The notes under the pieces were generated by a model. It worked only from the letters and a program-made list of their open reading frames with translations. It did no database searches and was not told the origin of the DNA. A stretch of DNA of 64,000 nucleotides from the NCBI RefSeq assembly GCF_009914755.1, contig NC_060929.1; one strand, 5' to 3'. The stretch is from the human T2T-CHM13v2.0 reference genome, Homo sapiens. Made by a program: the position numbers and the translations under genes. Of the stretch, positions 43,566 to 57,728 are shown one piece after another. Every line of letters starts with the position of its first letter. Positions within the stretch are counted from its first letter, which is position 1.

Positions 43566-44605
43566 TAGGCAGAAGTTCTCAAATGTCAACTCTTGATCTC
43601 TGTGCACTCACTGGCCCCAAAACCACTTGTAAGCCATAGGAGCTTGCACCCTCTGAAGTAATGTATGGCCTGAGCTATACCTTGGCCCATTTTAGCCAAA
43701 ACACTAGCTGGAGTAGCTAGGACACAGGGCACCAAGTCCCAAGGCTGCACAGAGCAGGGAGTCTTTGTGCCTGGCTCAAGAAACTATTTTTCCCTCCTAG
43801 GCTTCTGGGCCTGTGATGGGAGGAGCTGCTGCCAAGACCTCTGACATGCCCTGGAGACATTTTTCCCATTATCTTGGTGACTAACATTTGGCTCCTCATT
43901 ACTTAATGTAAAATTTCTGCAGCTGTATTGAATTTCTTTCCAGAAAATGAGTTTTTCTTTTTTATTTCATTGTCAGGCTGCAAATTTTCCAAACTTTTAT
44001 TCTCTGCTTCCCTTTTAAATATAAGTTCCAATTTCAGATAATCTCTCTCAAGTTCAAAGTTCCACAGATATCTAGGGCAGGGCCAAAATGCCACCAGTCT
44101 CTTTGCTAAAGCATAGCAAGAGTGACCTCTGCTCCATTTCCCAAGAAGTTCCTCATTTCCAGTGGAGACCACCTCAGCCTGGACTTCATTGTCCATATCA
44201 CTATCAGCATTTTGGTCAAAACCATTCAGCAAGCCCTTGGGAAATTCCAAACTTTCCCACATCTTCCTGTCTTCTTCTGACCTCTTCAAACTGTTCCAAC
44301 CTCTCTGCTTGTAACCAAGTTCCAAAGTCCTTCCACATTTTCAAGTATATTTATAGCAGTACCCCACTCTCTGTAGTACCAATTTAATGTATTAGTTCAC
44401 TCTCACACTGCTATAAAGAGCTACCTGAGTGGGTAATTTCTAAAGAAAAGAGGTATAACTGACTAACAATTCGACATGGCTGGGGAGACGTCAGGAAACT
44501 TGCAACCATTGCAGAAGGGGAAGCAGGCACGTCTTACATGGCAGCTGGTGAGAGAGCATGTGAAAAAAGTGAATAGGGGAAAAGTACCTTATAAAACCAT
44601 CAGAT

Positions 44606-47169
44606 TGTTTGACTTCCTCTCTTCCTATTTAAATATCCTTTATTTCTTTCCCTTGCCTGATTGCCCAGAATTTCCAATACTATGTTGAATAAGAGTGGTG
44701 AAGAAGAGCATCCTTGTCTTGTACCAGTTTTCAAAGAAATTACTGCCAGCTTTCACCCATTCAAAATGATATTGTTTGTGGGTTTGTCATAAATAGCTCT
44801 TATTATTTTGAGATATGTTCCATCAATACCTAGTTTATTGAGAATTTTTAACATGAAGGGATGTTGAATTTTATCAAAGGCTTTTTCTGCATCTACTGAG
44901 GTAATCATGTGGTTTTTGTCTTTGCTTCTGTTTATGTGATCGATTATGTTTATTTACTTGAGTATGTTGAACCAGTCTTGCTTCCCAGTATGAAGTCAAC
45001 TTGATCATGATGGATGTGATTTTTGATGTGCTGCTGGATTTGGTTTGCCAGTATTTAATTGAGGATTTTTGCATCGATGTTCATCAGGTATATTGGCCTG
45101 AAGTTTTCTTTTTTGGTTGTGTGTCTTCCTGGTTTTGGTATCAAGATGATGTTGGCTTCATAAAATGAGTTAGGGAGAAGTCCCTCCTTTTCAATTGTTG
45201 GAATAGTGTCAGAATGAATAGTACCAGCTCCTTTTTGTACTTCTGATATTATCTCTGTTTGCAGACAACATGATTTTATATTTAGAAAATCCTATCATCT
45301 CAGCCCCAAAACTTAAATTAATCAGCAACTTCAGCAAAGTCTCAGGATACAAAATCAATGTGAAAAAATCACAGGCATTCCTATAAACCAAAAACGGACA
45401 AGTAGAGAGCTAAATTATGAATGAACTACAATTCACAATTGCTGCAAAGAGAATAAAATACCTACGAATACAGATAGCAAGGTATGTGAAGGACCTTTTC
45501 AAGGAGAACTACAAACCACTGCTCAAGGAAATAAGAGAAGACACAAATGAATAAAACATTCCATCCTCCTGGATAGGAAGAATCAATATTGTGAAAATGG
45601 CCATACTACCCAAAGTAATTTATAGATTCAGTGCTATTCCTTTCAAACTACTATGGACATTCTTCACAGAATTAGAAAAAAACCACTTTAAATTTCTTAT
45701 GAAATCAAAGAAGACCCTGTATAGTCAAGACAATCCTAAGTAAAAAGAACAAACCTGGAGATATCACACTGCCTGACTTCAAACTATACCACAAGGCTAC
45801 AGTAGCCAAAACAGCATGGTACTGGTACCAAAACAGACATATAAACCAACAAAACAGAACAGAGACCTCAGAAATAACACCACACATCTCCAACCATATG
45901 GTCTTTGACAAATCTGACAAAAAACAAGCAATGGGGAAAGGATCTCCTATTCAATAAATGGTGCTGGAAAAACTGGCTAGCCATATACAGAAAACTGAAA
46001 CTGGACCACTTCCTTACACCTTATACAAAAATTAAGATAGACTAAAGGCTTAAATGTAAAACCCAAAACGACAAAAATCCTAGAAGAAAACCTAGGCAAC
46101 ATCATTCAGGAAATAGGTGTGGGCAAAGAATATATGACAAAAATGCCAATAGCAATTGCAACAAACACCAGAATTGACAAGTAGGATCTCATTAAACTAA
46201 AGCACTTCACCACAGCAAAATAAACTATCATCAGAGTGAACAGGCAACTTACAGAATAGGAGAAAATCTTTGTAATCTAAGCATCTGACAAAGGTCTAAT
46301 ATCCAAAATTCACAAGGAACTTAAACAGATTTACAAGAAAACAACAAACAAATCCGTCAAAAGGTGTATATGAACGGACACTTCTCAAAAGAAGACATTT
46401 ACATGGCCAACAAACCTGTGAACAAAGACTCAACATCATTGATAATCAGAGAAATGTAAATCAAAACCACAATGAGATACCATCAATTATTAAAAAGTCA
46501 AGAAACAATAAATGCTGGCAAGGCTGTGGAGAAATAGGAATGCCTTTACACTGTTGATGGGAATGTAAATTAGTTCAACCATTGTGAAAGATAGTATGGT
46601 GATTACTCAAGGATCTAGAATCATAAATACCATTGACTGAGCAAGGCCATTACTGGGTATTTACCCAAAGGAATATAAATACTTCTAATATAAAGACACG
46701 TGCACACATATATTTATTGCAGCACTATTTACAACAGCAAAGACATGGAACAAACCCAAATGTTCATCAATGATAGATTGGATACAGAAAATGTGGTACA
46801 CATACACCATGGAATACTATGCAGCCATAAAAAGGAAAGAGATCACGTCCTTTGTAAGGACATGGCTGAAGCGGGAAGCCATCATCCCCAGCAAACTAAC
46901 ACAGGAACAGAAAACCACCACCACACGTTCTAACTCATAAATGGGAGTTGAACAATGAGAACACATGGACCCAGAGAGGGGAACAACACACATCAGGGCC
47001 TGTTAGGGGGTGGGGGACCAAGGGAGGAAACTTAGATCATAGATCGATAGGTACAGCAAGCCACCATGGCACATGTATATCTATGTAACAAATCGGCATG
47101 TTCTGCTCGTGTATCCCAATTATTTTTTAGAAGAAATAAAGAAAAATAAAACAAAAGTAAAAATAAATA
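44606..47169 (+). mobile_element. L1PA8-like, 5'-truncated, with twin-priming inversion (inverted 44606-~45247; sense ~45248-47169)
   Basis: Perfect 13-bp TSD aaaaccatcagat (44593-44605 / 47170-47182); the two parts meet at L1 ...gaggaagtcaa|attatctctgtttgcag; L1PA8-type 3' end (ttttttagaagaaataaag). Confidence 0.92.
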
Positions 47170-49249
47170 AAAACCATCAGATCTCATGAGAACTTACTCA
47201 CTGTCACAGGAACAGCATGGGAGAAACTGCCTCTATGATCCATTCACCTCCTTCCCTCAACATGCAGGGATTACAATTCAAGATGAGATTTGGGTGGGGA
47301 CACAGAGCCAAATCATATCATCCTCCAACTCTGATCATTATTTTAGAAATGATTTTAGCTATTTTTGTTTATTTGCATTTCAATAGAGATTTTAGAGTCA
47401 GCTAATCAGTGTCTGTATTTTGGGGGGTATCTAAAGATACAGTTTAGAAAAATTAATATTAACAAAATTAGGTTTTTAATCCACTCACATGGCACATTTC
47501 TCCATTTATTTAAACAGTCCTTAATATTTCTCAGTTTAATTTTAAGATGGTATCATCCCTTCCAATCAGGGAGTTTGTGGAGCTCCTTCTGGAATCCCCA
47601 TGCTGAGCTGTGGCTTGGGAATTCCCTGTGAGCAGGGAGCTGGGGCAATCAGGACTCTTTTGTTTACCTGCTGTCAACACTGTCCTACATGGCTTGATGT
47701 TCAATGCCTTGAAAATAATTGTTTCATATACATGGACTGATTTATATTTTTCAAACGGTAGCTTTGTTTTAATCAATCCCTACTGTTTCATTTTGGTCTA
47801 GGGCACAACTCTTGCAAACAATTTTCCATACATGTGAGCTTCTCAAACAACAAATTTCACTCAGGCACAAAAAAATATTACAGTCAGCTTTCAAACATTC
47901 TCAATCTTTATTTTGTAAGTCAAACTACAAATGTATTGGAATTTTACTTTTCGTAGTTACAATAAATGATATTGAACTTAAACATCTGGTTTTATAAAAA
48001 TAGTTTGACAGAATCAGAAAATGATCCTTTGATTGGAAAGGCACTTAGTGTTTAGGCATAACCAGAAAAAAATCAAAAAGTCAATTATGTAAAAAAACAG
48101 AATTTCTCACTTGCTATTTTGTACTCTATTTTTTTAAAAAGAAAGAAACTCTTATGTATATTTATGAGTACAAGAAGGAAAACATTTTGCCAGTGAAAGG
48201 CTATTTCTTGACAATATCTGTCTATATAATTTGACTGAAGTTTGTGACTGAAATTGTGAATATTTTACACATGTTAATACTGAAAGATAGACTATTATAA
48301 GTAAAAATACCATTTTATAGGAGACCCGAGGCATCCACTTACAAATTGTAATGTTATGTTGGCATTCGTACTTCCTGTCATCAGCCTTCATGTTAGCTTT
48401 GTCACATTTATGGATTTAAAGATAAAACAAAATGCTCTCATAGGGGAAAATAAGAATCTGAAAGAAACGCTATTTTGTTTTGTAAATAATTCTGTAAGGT
48501 TTTCAAATGATAAGCCATTTCCCTGTTTTCCTATCTGTAAAGGTAGGTATCTCAGTTTTGATTTCTCTTTAAGTGTTTAAAGGGCATTCTGAAAATTCAT
48601 TCCTATGTAATTCGACATGATAATGAAACCTCCAGGGTTCATACGATGCACATAGTGCAACATGCTGTTTCTCAGACCTCTCCTTGAATAAAGTCCAGTG
48701 TTCTTCCCATCAAAATTTATTTTTGTCTATGATTTTCTATCAAATCTCCAAATCCTAGTGTTCCTCTTGGTTTTTACGCCTTTTGTTGTCTCTCCATTCT
48801 GCATTCTGAATATGCTTTTGATTTATTCTTCTGCAAAATATTTTCACATTTATTATCATGAAGGCACCTCATAAATTTCTCTTTAGGCTTTCATATTTAT
48901 TGAAAAGTTTCAGTGGGAAGCTTCCCTTGTCCAGGGGCCATGCCTGGAAGATCTTGGTCCTAAGATTTATGGCTGTGGACATGATGGTGGTGACTCAATA
49001 TTTTTAAATCTTAATAATGAACAGACTATCAAGGATTAACACACAACTAAGTAAAACTTTGATAGTCTGGATTGCAAAACCTAAAACACGTATTTTTAAA
49101 AAGTAGGTTAAGAAAAAGAAAAGAGAAAAAATAAATTAATAAATTAAAAATAATGCAAAGAAACATGGAAGTAATACAAGTAAAGACATAGGAAAGACTT
49201 AAAGATTAAAACTACAACTGTAAAAAACACAACAGTATGAAAAAAAAAT

Positions 49250-49680
49250 TAGAAGTTTTGGAGAAATCTGTAGATTTCCCAAAACACAAAATCAAGTGAC
49301 CAAGATTAAGGTGTTGAAAAGATAAGAGCCATAGATAATCAATCAAAGTTGACATTTCAACAACTGCATTACATGTATTATAGAAAGAGAGAAACCTAAA
49401 AATTGAAGAGAAGAAAATCATCACCACAATTCTACTGTATTACCTAGATTACAATATCTTCAGATGGAAAAGTCTCATTTATTGCTTAGCACAGTGAGTT
49501 TTAAAGGCTCTTTCCCAAAACCATTGTGAAAATCTGTAATAATAACAGGGACAAAAAAAGACTCTGAAAACTTTCAGTGTTAAGCCACAACAAAAGTAAG
49601 CAAACAAACAAAAAGGCCATTTGGAAAATAATGAGAATTAAATTGCCCTATACTTCCTAATATGAGTCAAAATTGAATAA
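49250..49680 (+). mobile_element. Ancient L1M ORF1/HAL1-like remnant
   Basis: tcttcagatggaaaagtctc...ccattgtgaaaatctgtaat...aaagactctgaaaactttcag ORF1-like text. Confidence 0.4.
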
Positions 49681-49878
49681 ATGTCTGCCACCATTTATTA
49701 TTAGCTGTTTTAGATTTGTAACTTTTTAATTGTTTATGATTGCCAGGTTAAAAATGATTCACACTATTTCTAAAACAAAATATGCCATTAGTAAATGTTT
49801 AGTCAAAAATACAGAGTGTATGAAATGAATTTTCTAAATGAGCATGCAGTCCAGGTGTAAGAATCATTCTAAGCAGAA

Positions 49879-51660
49879 TGTATGGCAGATTGTATCTTTT
49901 AATTATGACTACACCTCTACCTTCCATCCTCATGCTCTTTGGCATTATAATCTTACTATTTTCTCACTAGGTGTTGGGATCTGTCTTTCCACTCTCTTGA
50001 ATGTGTGCAAGCTGTGAGAGTGCTTTAACCAAAATAATATAGTAGAAGTGTCAGGTCCAAAAATAGCCCTTAACTAACCTGCAGTTTCTGCTGCTTACCT
50101 CTTGAAATTCAGTAGCCCTGCAGTGAGAGCCCATTTCACATGAAAGGTTATATGTGGATTCCACAGTAAGTAGCATCTATTGAACTTTCTTTCAATCAAG
50201 AACCTGCCATGTGAATGAGCCACCTTGGAATTTTCGGTTGAGGTGCTATAACAGAAATCTAAACAATTTGACATTGACTTTGAAACCAGGCAATTAGTAG
50301 AAGCAAAAATGATGTCAAGGAGACTCCACTGGAAGCTAAAAGGATGCAAAACAAGAGCCCAGAGGGATGATAATGTGTGTTCTCTAGTGGCAGAATGTTT
50401 AGCAGAACAATTGCCTGCAGTAACATGAAAAAGAAAAAAATGAACTTTATGAGTATATGAATTGATCTAAAGAGATTTTTCAGGTCAACTGGTTTCTTGT
50501 AATAGTGTCCGAAAAAGTGAATATAGAGAGAAATAAACTAAGGATGAAACTATTTGATAGTTTAGCAAAATTTAGAGGATATATGAGGGACTAGAAGACT
50601 CTTCCCACCCGCTCAAATACTCCCAGGGTAAGAATAACCATAGAGGAAAACTCAAATCCAGGGTCTACTGGTAAAACATGGCCTTAGAGTAATTTTAAGA
50701 TTAAAGTGTGTAGCTGTGGGAATTTTTGATAAGATGTCAAAATGACATAAGGTGATTTCTTTTTTCATTTTTTTACTACAGCAATTTTATTTTAAGAATT
50801 GTTAAAGTTGTTATCACCTCTCAGATAATATGATTTCTACAATATCGTAAGGACATGTGAATATACCCTATAAAATCTTAAAAATGGTTTCAAAGAATCT
50901 TGGAAGGTTGTTCCGCAGCACCATTGTTCACAGACCAATATAGAGAAGAACCCATCTTACAAAGCTTCAGGAGTTTGACTTTTTGTTTAAAAGAGGCAAA
51001 AAAAGATGAATAGGAAATCCATCATTTTTAAGAGAATTGTACTAACAGAAGCACCATAAGCTTGAACTGAAAAATACAAAGGATGGTCAAAATCAAAAGC
51101 AAGTTTGAGGATCACAACCTTCTAGGAGTAAGAAGATTGGGAAAGCTACTCAGCTACAAATATAGACTCTCCTTACTGAAAAGGAAGAATGCAGAATAAG
51201 AGCTCAAAGGGCAAAATCTAAAGCCATGTAGATAATTCCTACAAAGCAGGAATAGGCCCTAATCAAGAGAAACTAGCACTACTTGCTGAGCTGGACTTCA
51301 GGATTTCTATGAAACAGTGTCTACCATGTCTGTTCCATTTGTTAATGGGTATAAAAATATAGTTAATTAGAAGGAATAAGATCTAGTGTTTAGTTGCACA
51401 ATAGGCTGACTATAGTTAACAATAACTTATCATATATTCCAAAATAACTAGAAGAGTAGAATTGAAATATTCCCAACACAAACTAATGATAAGTGATTGA
51501 GGTGATGAATATGTCAATTACCCATATTTGATTATATCATATTATATGCTTGTATCAAAGTGTTACATGTACACCATAAGTATGTACAACTACTATGTGT
51601 ACATGAAAACTAAAAACTAAAAAAAAAACAATTAAAAGGGAGTGTTTACTGAGGTTATTC
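49879..51660 (+). mobile_element. MLT1G/H-like partial LTR plus MLT1 internal region, with a nested L1MA 3' end
   Basis: tgtatggcagattgt...actctcttgaatgtgtgc LTR text; internal gaggtgctataacagaaatctaaa...ctttgaaaccaggc. Confidence 0.65.
51344..51630 (+). mobile_element. L1MA4/5-like 3' end
   Basis: aatgggtataaaaatatagtt...gaataagatctagtgttt...gaggtgatgaatat...A-rich tail. Confidence 0.85.
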
Positions 51661-54272
51661 TTTTCTGATCCAAACATGAAATTTTGAGGAGAGCCAAAAC
51701 CAGTGATAAAAATCAACCTCAGATTCCAGTCTGATTTTTTCTCCTAACGATCAACCCTTTAATTTCATCCAGTCATTATCCACTTTTGTTCATATTTAAA
51801 GGATTCTTCTACATCACCATAATACCGATGGTGCCTTTTTTCATAGGTACAGTTTTGCTCATGGCACCATCTTAATAAGACTATTTTATTTCATTCCATG
51901 AAATAAAATAAGTAAAATAAAGAATTGTTATCAGAGTTACCAGATCTTCCATAGTTTGACTATGTCCTCTTTTAAACTTTATTTCATTAGTATATAGCTC
52001 CAGCAACTTAAAAAATTATTTTGGAGTTTCTAAGATTTAGATTTGAAATAATAAGATTAACACTGCTTCAGAGTGTATCTTAAAATGCAGTTTTCTGAGT
52101 GTCATATCAAAAATATTTATTTAGGGTACCTACTTAAGAATTTCTATATGATTTGAAAGCCACTGACATAGGCAATGTAGAGGATAAATAAAATTTAAAA
52201 TGCAAAAATCATGTTCATTTTTAGACTTCCTGAAAATAAAAAGTAGTAAAAATAAAAAGCTGTCATGTCCAAATGAATGTATATAAATGAAGAGGTAGAG
52301 TTTTAGAAGAGTGTCACAGCTGTAGATCAGTATTTAGAAAATGAAATACCCAATATGTGTATCAAAATCTTAGAGATGTCTTTATGTTCTTTAAGATATA
52401 TATTTTTCCCTTCAGCTTGCTTTTCATGTCCAACTTAATATTTTTTTAAATGAAAGAAAACCTCATTTTTAATTTAAGTACGTTTGAAAAGAAAATACGT
52501 TTGTAGTAAATTATAATACAAAGCTACTACTCTTTCCTAACTATAGATGTCAAAATACCATGAATCATTTGTAGTTTAAAATAAATTAGAAACTAGAAAT
52601 TGAAGATTAAAGTCACTACAACAGAAACTTTTCAGAATACACATTCTTTGCATGGTTTTATAAGCAACAGTGACCGCCCCTCCCTGACCCTGCCAAATAA
52701 AAGGGTACAAGTAGAAAAGGAACGATGTTAACTTTGTTTATACTAACAATCAGACAAAAAGACAAACATTGTTTTTGGAATTTACCTGTTTTCTGAGAGT
52801 TGAGAGAAAAGAAGAGAGCTTTGGAGACTAATGTAAGTCTTTCCATGTTTGCAGTTACTCACATTTTTAGGTATGGAGTACAGGCAAGGGAAGAATAACA
52901 GAGGCCTACGTATTTGTTTTGTTTTATTCACAAAGAGTAATACAATTATATATCTTCACATACATGGATGCACATCAATTTATCATTGATTTAATACTTT
53001 GTTAATATAAGATTTCATAATTAAGGATTTAAATTTGTGCATTCATTTGCAAACAAAATTAATATTTATCATATCTGTTTTTAAATTACCCAGAGTTTAT
53101 GGTAGTCAAATATTTGACTGCGCAAAAATTCCTAGGAATCAGAACCTTACTCTGGGACATAAGTTTTGTTTCAATTATCCAAATACATATTTAAGGGAGT
53201 GCCTACATAAAAACTAAAATATAAGAAGTAATGATTCACTGTAAAACGCTACATTTTATTCTCCAGTAATTGTCCCAAGTTCCAGATAATTTTGGGTCAG
53301 AAAATCTGGAACATGTAAGAAAAAAAGTTTTGTTTTTCTATTTTGTTTAAATCTCAAAGATTTTGGTCAAAAAATAAAAAAATACATTTATATTTCTCAC
53401 ATTATTTCTCTTTTCATTTTCTTAATACTCGTATTACTTTGGATACTTTAGTAGTTTATAAAATCTTAATAGGTCAACTATTCTGTCTGCTATTTATTTA
53501 TTACTAGATCTACTGACAAGAGTGATGCTGACAGAAAGTACGAGTTGTACTTTTTTCAAATTTTCTGCCTTACCTCCTCCATAATGGGAATGGCAGTTTT
53601 CCTAGTACACATTAGAATAAAAAGAGAATGAATATTCTATTCTCAGAAGAAAATACTAAACTTAAGTAAACCCCAAAGCATTTAGCTTTTCCAGAAATTA
53701 AGAATTTAAAATACTTTAGAAATATTATACACAATTTACAAAAGTAACTAAAAGTTACAATTTGATATTTGTAGATATAATTATTAGGCAAAATGAATAT
53801 TTACCTGTGTTCTTCATATTGTTGCCCAATTATATATTTCATTTATTTCTATATAAATAAATAAATATAGCTATAAATTAAAATAAAATTTATATTTCAT
53901 TTCTATATCTATTTATATATTATATATAAATATATATATTTTTATATATACTCAAGTCTATAATTGACTTGAAATATTATCATTTGGGTAAATATTTAGT
54001 GAATGCTGCAGAGTACATGATTACCTTCATCAACATTAATCAATTTTGGTAATGATTTTTTTTTACTCAAAAGTACGTCATCTATTACTGCTCTAAAATC
54101 TGCTTTCATCACATATTCAACATATAAAATTATTTTAGCTTCTAAATAAAATGTTCCATGAATATGTCTTCCTTTTCTTATGCCAGGATTCTCGTTTTTC
54201 TCATCGTGTCTCTGTATGTGTAAATATGTATGTATTTACCACATTAACAATTCACTTTATTCAAAAGTTGCC

Positions 54273-54592
54273 AGCAGGGCGTGGTGGCTAACAGCTGTAA
54301 TCCCAGCACTCTGGGAGGTCAAGGTGGGCAGATCACCTTAGGTGAGGAGTTTGAGACCAGCCTGGCCAACATGGTGAAACCTTGTCTCTACTAAAAAATG
54401 CAAAAATTATCTGGGCGTGGTGGCACATGCCTGTAATCCCAGCTACTCGGGAGGCTGAGGCTGGAGAATCTCTTGAACCCATGTGGGAGGTAGAGGTTGC
54501 AGTGAACCAAGATTGCACCACTGCACTTCAGCCTGGGAGACAGAGTGAGACTCCGTCTCAAAAAATGAAAAATAAAAATAAAAAAATTTTTT
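54273..54592 (+). mobile_element. AluS (Sx/Sz-like)
   Basis: Full dimer; TSD aaagttgcc (54264-54272 / 54593-54601). Confidence 0.93.
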
Positions 54593-54644
54593 AAAGTTGC
54601 CTATTTGTAGTCACTGTTATTTATCAGAACTAATTTACTTTTTA

Positions 54645-54932
54645 AATATTATTTTTTAATTGTTAATTTTTAGGGGTATACAGTAGGTGTACACATAGTA
54701 GGTGTACATATTTATTGGGTACATAAGATATTTTGATACAGGCATACAATGTGTAATAATCACATCATGGAGAATGGGGTATCCATCCCCTGAAGCATTT
54801 ATCCTTTGTGTTAAAAATAATCAATTATACTCTTTTCGTTATTTTAAAATGTAAATTAAATTATTATCAATTATTGTCACTATTTTGTGCTATCAAATAC
54901 TAGGTCTTATTCATTCTAACTATTTTTTTTAC
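54645..54932 (-). mobile_element. L1MA2-like 3' end
   Basis: agtaggtgtacatatttattgggtacat...aataatcacatcatggagaatggggtatccatcccc...gctatcaaatactaggtcttattcattc. Confidence 0.85.
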
Positions 54933-55233
54933 TCTAATTTTCATATGAAATGAAGAATCACTTTAACTTCTTTGACTCCCATTAGGACTTAAATTGTAAT
55001 CATAACACTCATATATTTTATGATGAAAAGGATTTAATCTCTTTTCAGTTTGTTTATCTATCCAAAACTTCCTAATTTATTCACATATTTCTTCGTTTCT
55101 TAAAATAAAAGTAGTCATCTTTTTCATGTTAATTTTCTAAATAAATGATATTATTTTAGAAATTGACAATTATTTTATACATTGTCCTTCATTTTCTGAA
55201 TTATAAAATAATAATATGGATTATGTTTAACAT

Positions 55234-55540
55234 TTTGTTTTGTTTTTATTTGTTTGTTTGTATGTTTCTCGCTCTGTTGCCCAGGCTGGAGTGCAAGTGG
55301 CACCATCTAGGCTCACTGCAACCTCCTCCTCCCGAGTTCAAGAGATTCTCCTGCCTCAGTTTCCTCAGTAACTGGGATTACAGGTGCACGTCAGCGTGCC
55401 TGGATAATTTTTGTATTTTTAGTAGAGACAGGGTTTCACCATTTTGAGGAGGCTGGTCTCGAACTCCTGACCTTGAGTGATCCACCCGTTTCAGCCTCCC
55501 AAAGTGCTGGGATCACAGTTGTGAGCCACCACACCCAGCT
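55234..55540 (-). mobile_element. AluS
   Basis: Antisense Alu dimer with a (TTTG)n tail. Confidence 0.92.
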
Positions 55541-55544
55541 TTAA

Positions 55545-55720
55545 TATATATTTTTAAATATTTTAAGAAGTAAATACTTTTATACTTCTTAATAATTTTA
55601 AAGATTTCATACTTTTAAAGAAGTAAAATTATTTTTAATTTAATATATTAATATTCTTAATTAATCTTAATGTATTAATTTAATTTATATTAATTTAATT
55701 CTTAATTTACTTGCCTATTA
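55545..55720. repeat. AT-rich low-complexity tract
   Basis: Almost exclusively A/T with local ttaa repeats. Confidence 0.8.
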
Positions 55721-55792
55721 AATTAGACCATTAAATTGCCTATTTGGAATCTCAGATACACGAAGACTAACAGACAGCTCATGGTAAGAAAT

Positions 55793-56596
55793 AAAACACA
55801 TGAAAAAATGCTCACCATCACTGGCCATCAGAGAAATGCAAATCAAAACCACAATGAGATACCATCTCACACCAGTTAGAATGGCAATCATTAAAAAGTC
55901 AGGAAACAACAGGTGCTGGAGAGGATGTGGAGAAATAGGAACACTTTTACACTGTTGGTGGGACTGTAAACTAGTTCAACTATTGTGGAAGTCAGTGTGG
56001 TGATTCCTCAGGGATCTAGAACTAGAAATACCATTTGACCCAGCCATCCCTTTACTGGGTATATACCCAAAGGACTATAAATCATGCTACTATAAAGACA
56101 CATGCACATGTATGTTTATTGCAGCACTATTCACAATAGCAAAGACTTGGAACCAACCCAAATGTCCAACAATGATAGACTGGATTAAGAAAATATGGCA
56201 CATATACACCATGGAATACTATGCAGCCATAAAAAATGATGAGTTCACGTCCTTTGTAGGGACATGGATGAAATTGGAAATCATCATTCTCAGTAAACTA
56301 TCACAAGAACAAAAAACCAAACACTGCATGTTCTCACTCATAGGTGGGAATTGAACAATGAGAACACATGGACACAGGAAGGGGAACATCACACTCTGGG
56401 GACTGTTGTGGGGTGGGGGGAGTGGGGAGAGATAGCTTTAGGAGATATACCTAATGCTAAATGACGAGTTAATGGGTGCAGCACACCGGCATGGCACATG
56501 TGTGCATATGTAACTAACCTGCACATTGTGCACATGTACCCTAAAACTTAAAGTATAATAATAATAAAATAAAATAAAATAAAATAAAATAAAATA
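55793..56596 (+). mobile_element. L1PA3-like, 5'-truncated (~0.8 kb)
   Basis: End of ORF2 (ORF track 55800-56354) and 3'UTR with ctaaatgacgagttaatggg (not the L1HS ACA allele); (TAAAA)n tail; TSD aagaaat. Confidence 0.93.
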
Positions 56597-56904
56597 AAGA
56601 AATTAGCACATCATCCAGTTCACAGGTGTCATCAATGTCAACAGGGTCAGAGATGATGTGGAATATGCCCAGGTCTAGCTGAGTCTCCTCCAGGCAACTG
56701 GCTTCCTTCTCAGCCTTATTCACTATAATAAGTGTTGCCTAGAAGCCTTTGGGGCCTCATGCTGGTAAGCAATTTTCAGAACCATGAAACCTTGTGTGTA
56801 TGTAAATTCCCTACTGGTCCCAGCATTGGTCCTGATTTCCTATAAAACAAAAGTCCACCTCCAGGTATTGGGGCTTTAATCAGAGACCACACTCTATTGT
56901 CAAC

Positions 56905-57115
56905 AAATATAGTGTTTAAAGATAGTTGCCTTGCTTTTGCATTCAAACTTTGCTATTTATTGGTTAGGGAACGTTGGGAAGCTTATTATGTGTGTCTTGG
57001 TGTCTCAGTATCCTTATCTCTAAACTAGGAATTAAATTCATTGATAAATATAAACTACTTGATAAAGTGTTTCACAACTAGCAAGCACTTAAAATAAATA
57101 AATAATTATGATAAT
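56905..57115 (+). mobile_element. MIR remnant
   Basis: gtgtctcagtatccttatctctaaactagg core and gcaagcacttaaaataaat tail. Confidence 0.6.
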
Positions 57116-57398
57116 TATCTCACTGGTTGGGTCAATCCAGGTAGAGTTGAGTTAAGAAAGAAGAGGAAGAAACATGACTGGAGGAGGTAAAGTTACAAAA
57201 TGATTTATCATAGAAAAAATAGATGAAATAGAAACTCTCCTATATGCTTAGTCTTCACAAAAATATATTCAATATCAATGAAACTCTCAGATAATGACAT
57301 TATTTTCTCAATAATTCAACTTTTAGTTATTCATGCTAAGAACATATTTTATCCACAAATGTTTACAACATTAATTATAAAAACAAGAACTCTTTTTA

Positions 57399-57728
<330 letters not shown>

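Larger units (their letters stand above)
42465..47320 (-). mobile_element. Full-length THE1D/MSTA-like MaLR: LTR 42465-42832, internal 42833-44387, LTR 44388-47320 split by an L1
   Basis: Two LTRs with tgtatta...atatca ends; 5-bp TSD ttctc / tcctc. Confidence 0.92.
39560..47800 (-). mobile_element. Ancient L1M (L1ME/MC-like) host element, fragmented by later insertions
   Basis: Collinear antisense L1M pieces at ~39560-40205, 41917-42464 and 47321-47530, plus an L1M 5'-end-like block at ~47560-47800. Confidence 0.65.

Noticed and set aside
49022-49069. 11-bp inverted repeat cagactatcaa / ttgatagtctg with 26-nt spacer as a MITE or pre-miRNA
   Set aside because: Stem too short, no TSD and no recognisable family.
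51882-51910. 13-bp inverted repeat tattttatttcat / atgaaataaaata
   Set aside because: Very AT-rich and low complexity; expected by chance in this background.
55800-56354. ORFs with clear L1 ORF2p C-terminal similarity as an active gene
   Set aside because: 5'-truncated 0.8-kb L1PA3-like copy with an in-frame stop and no promoter.
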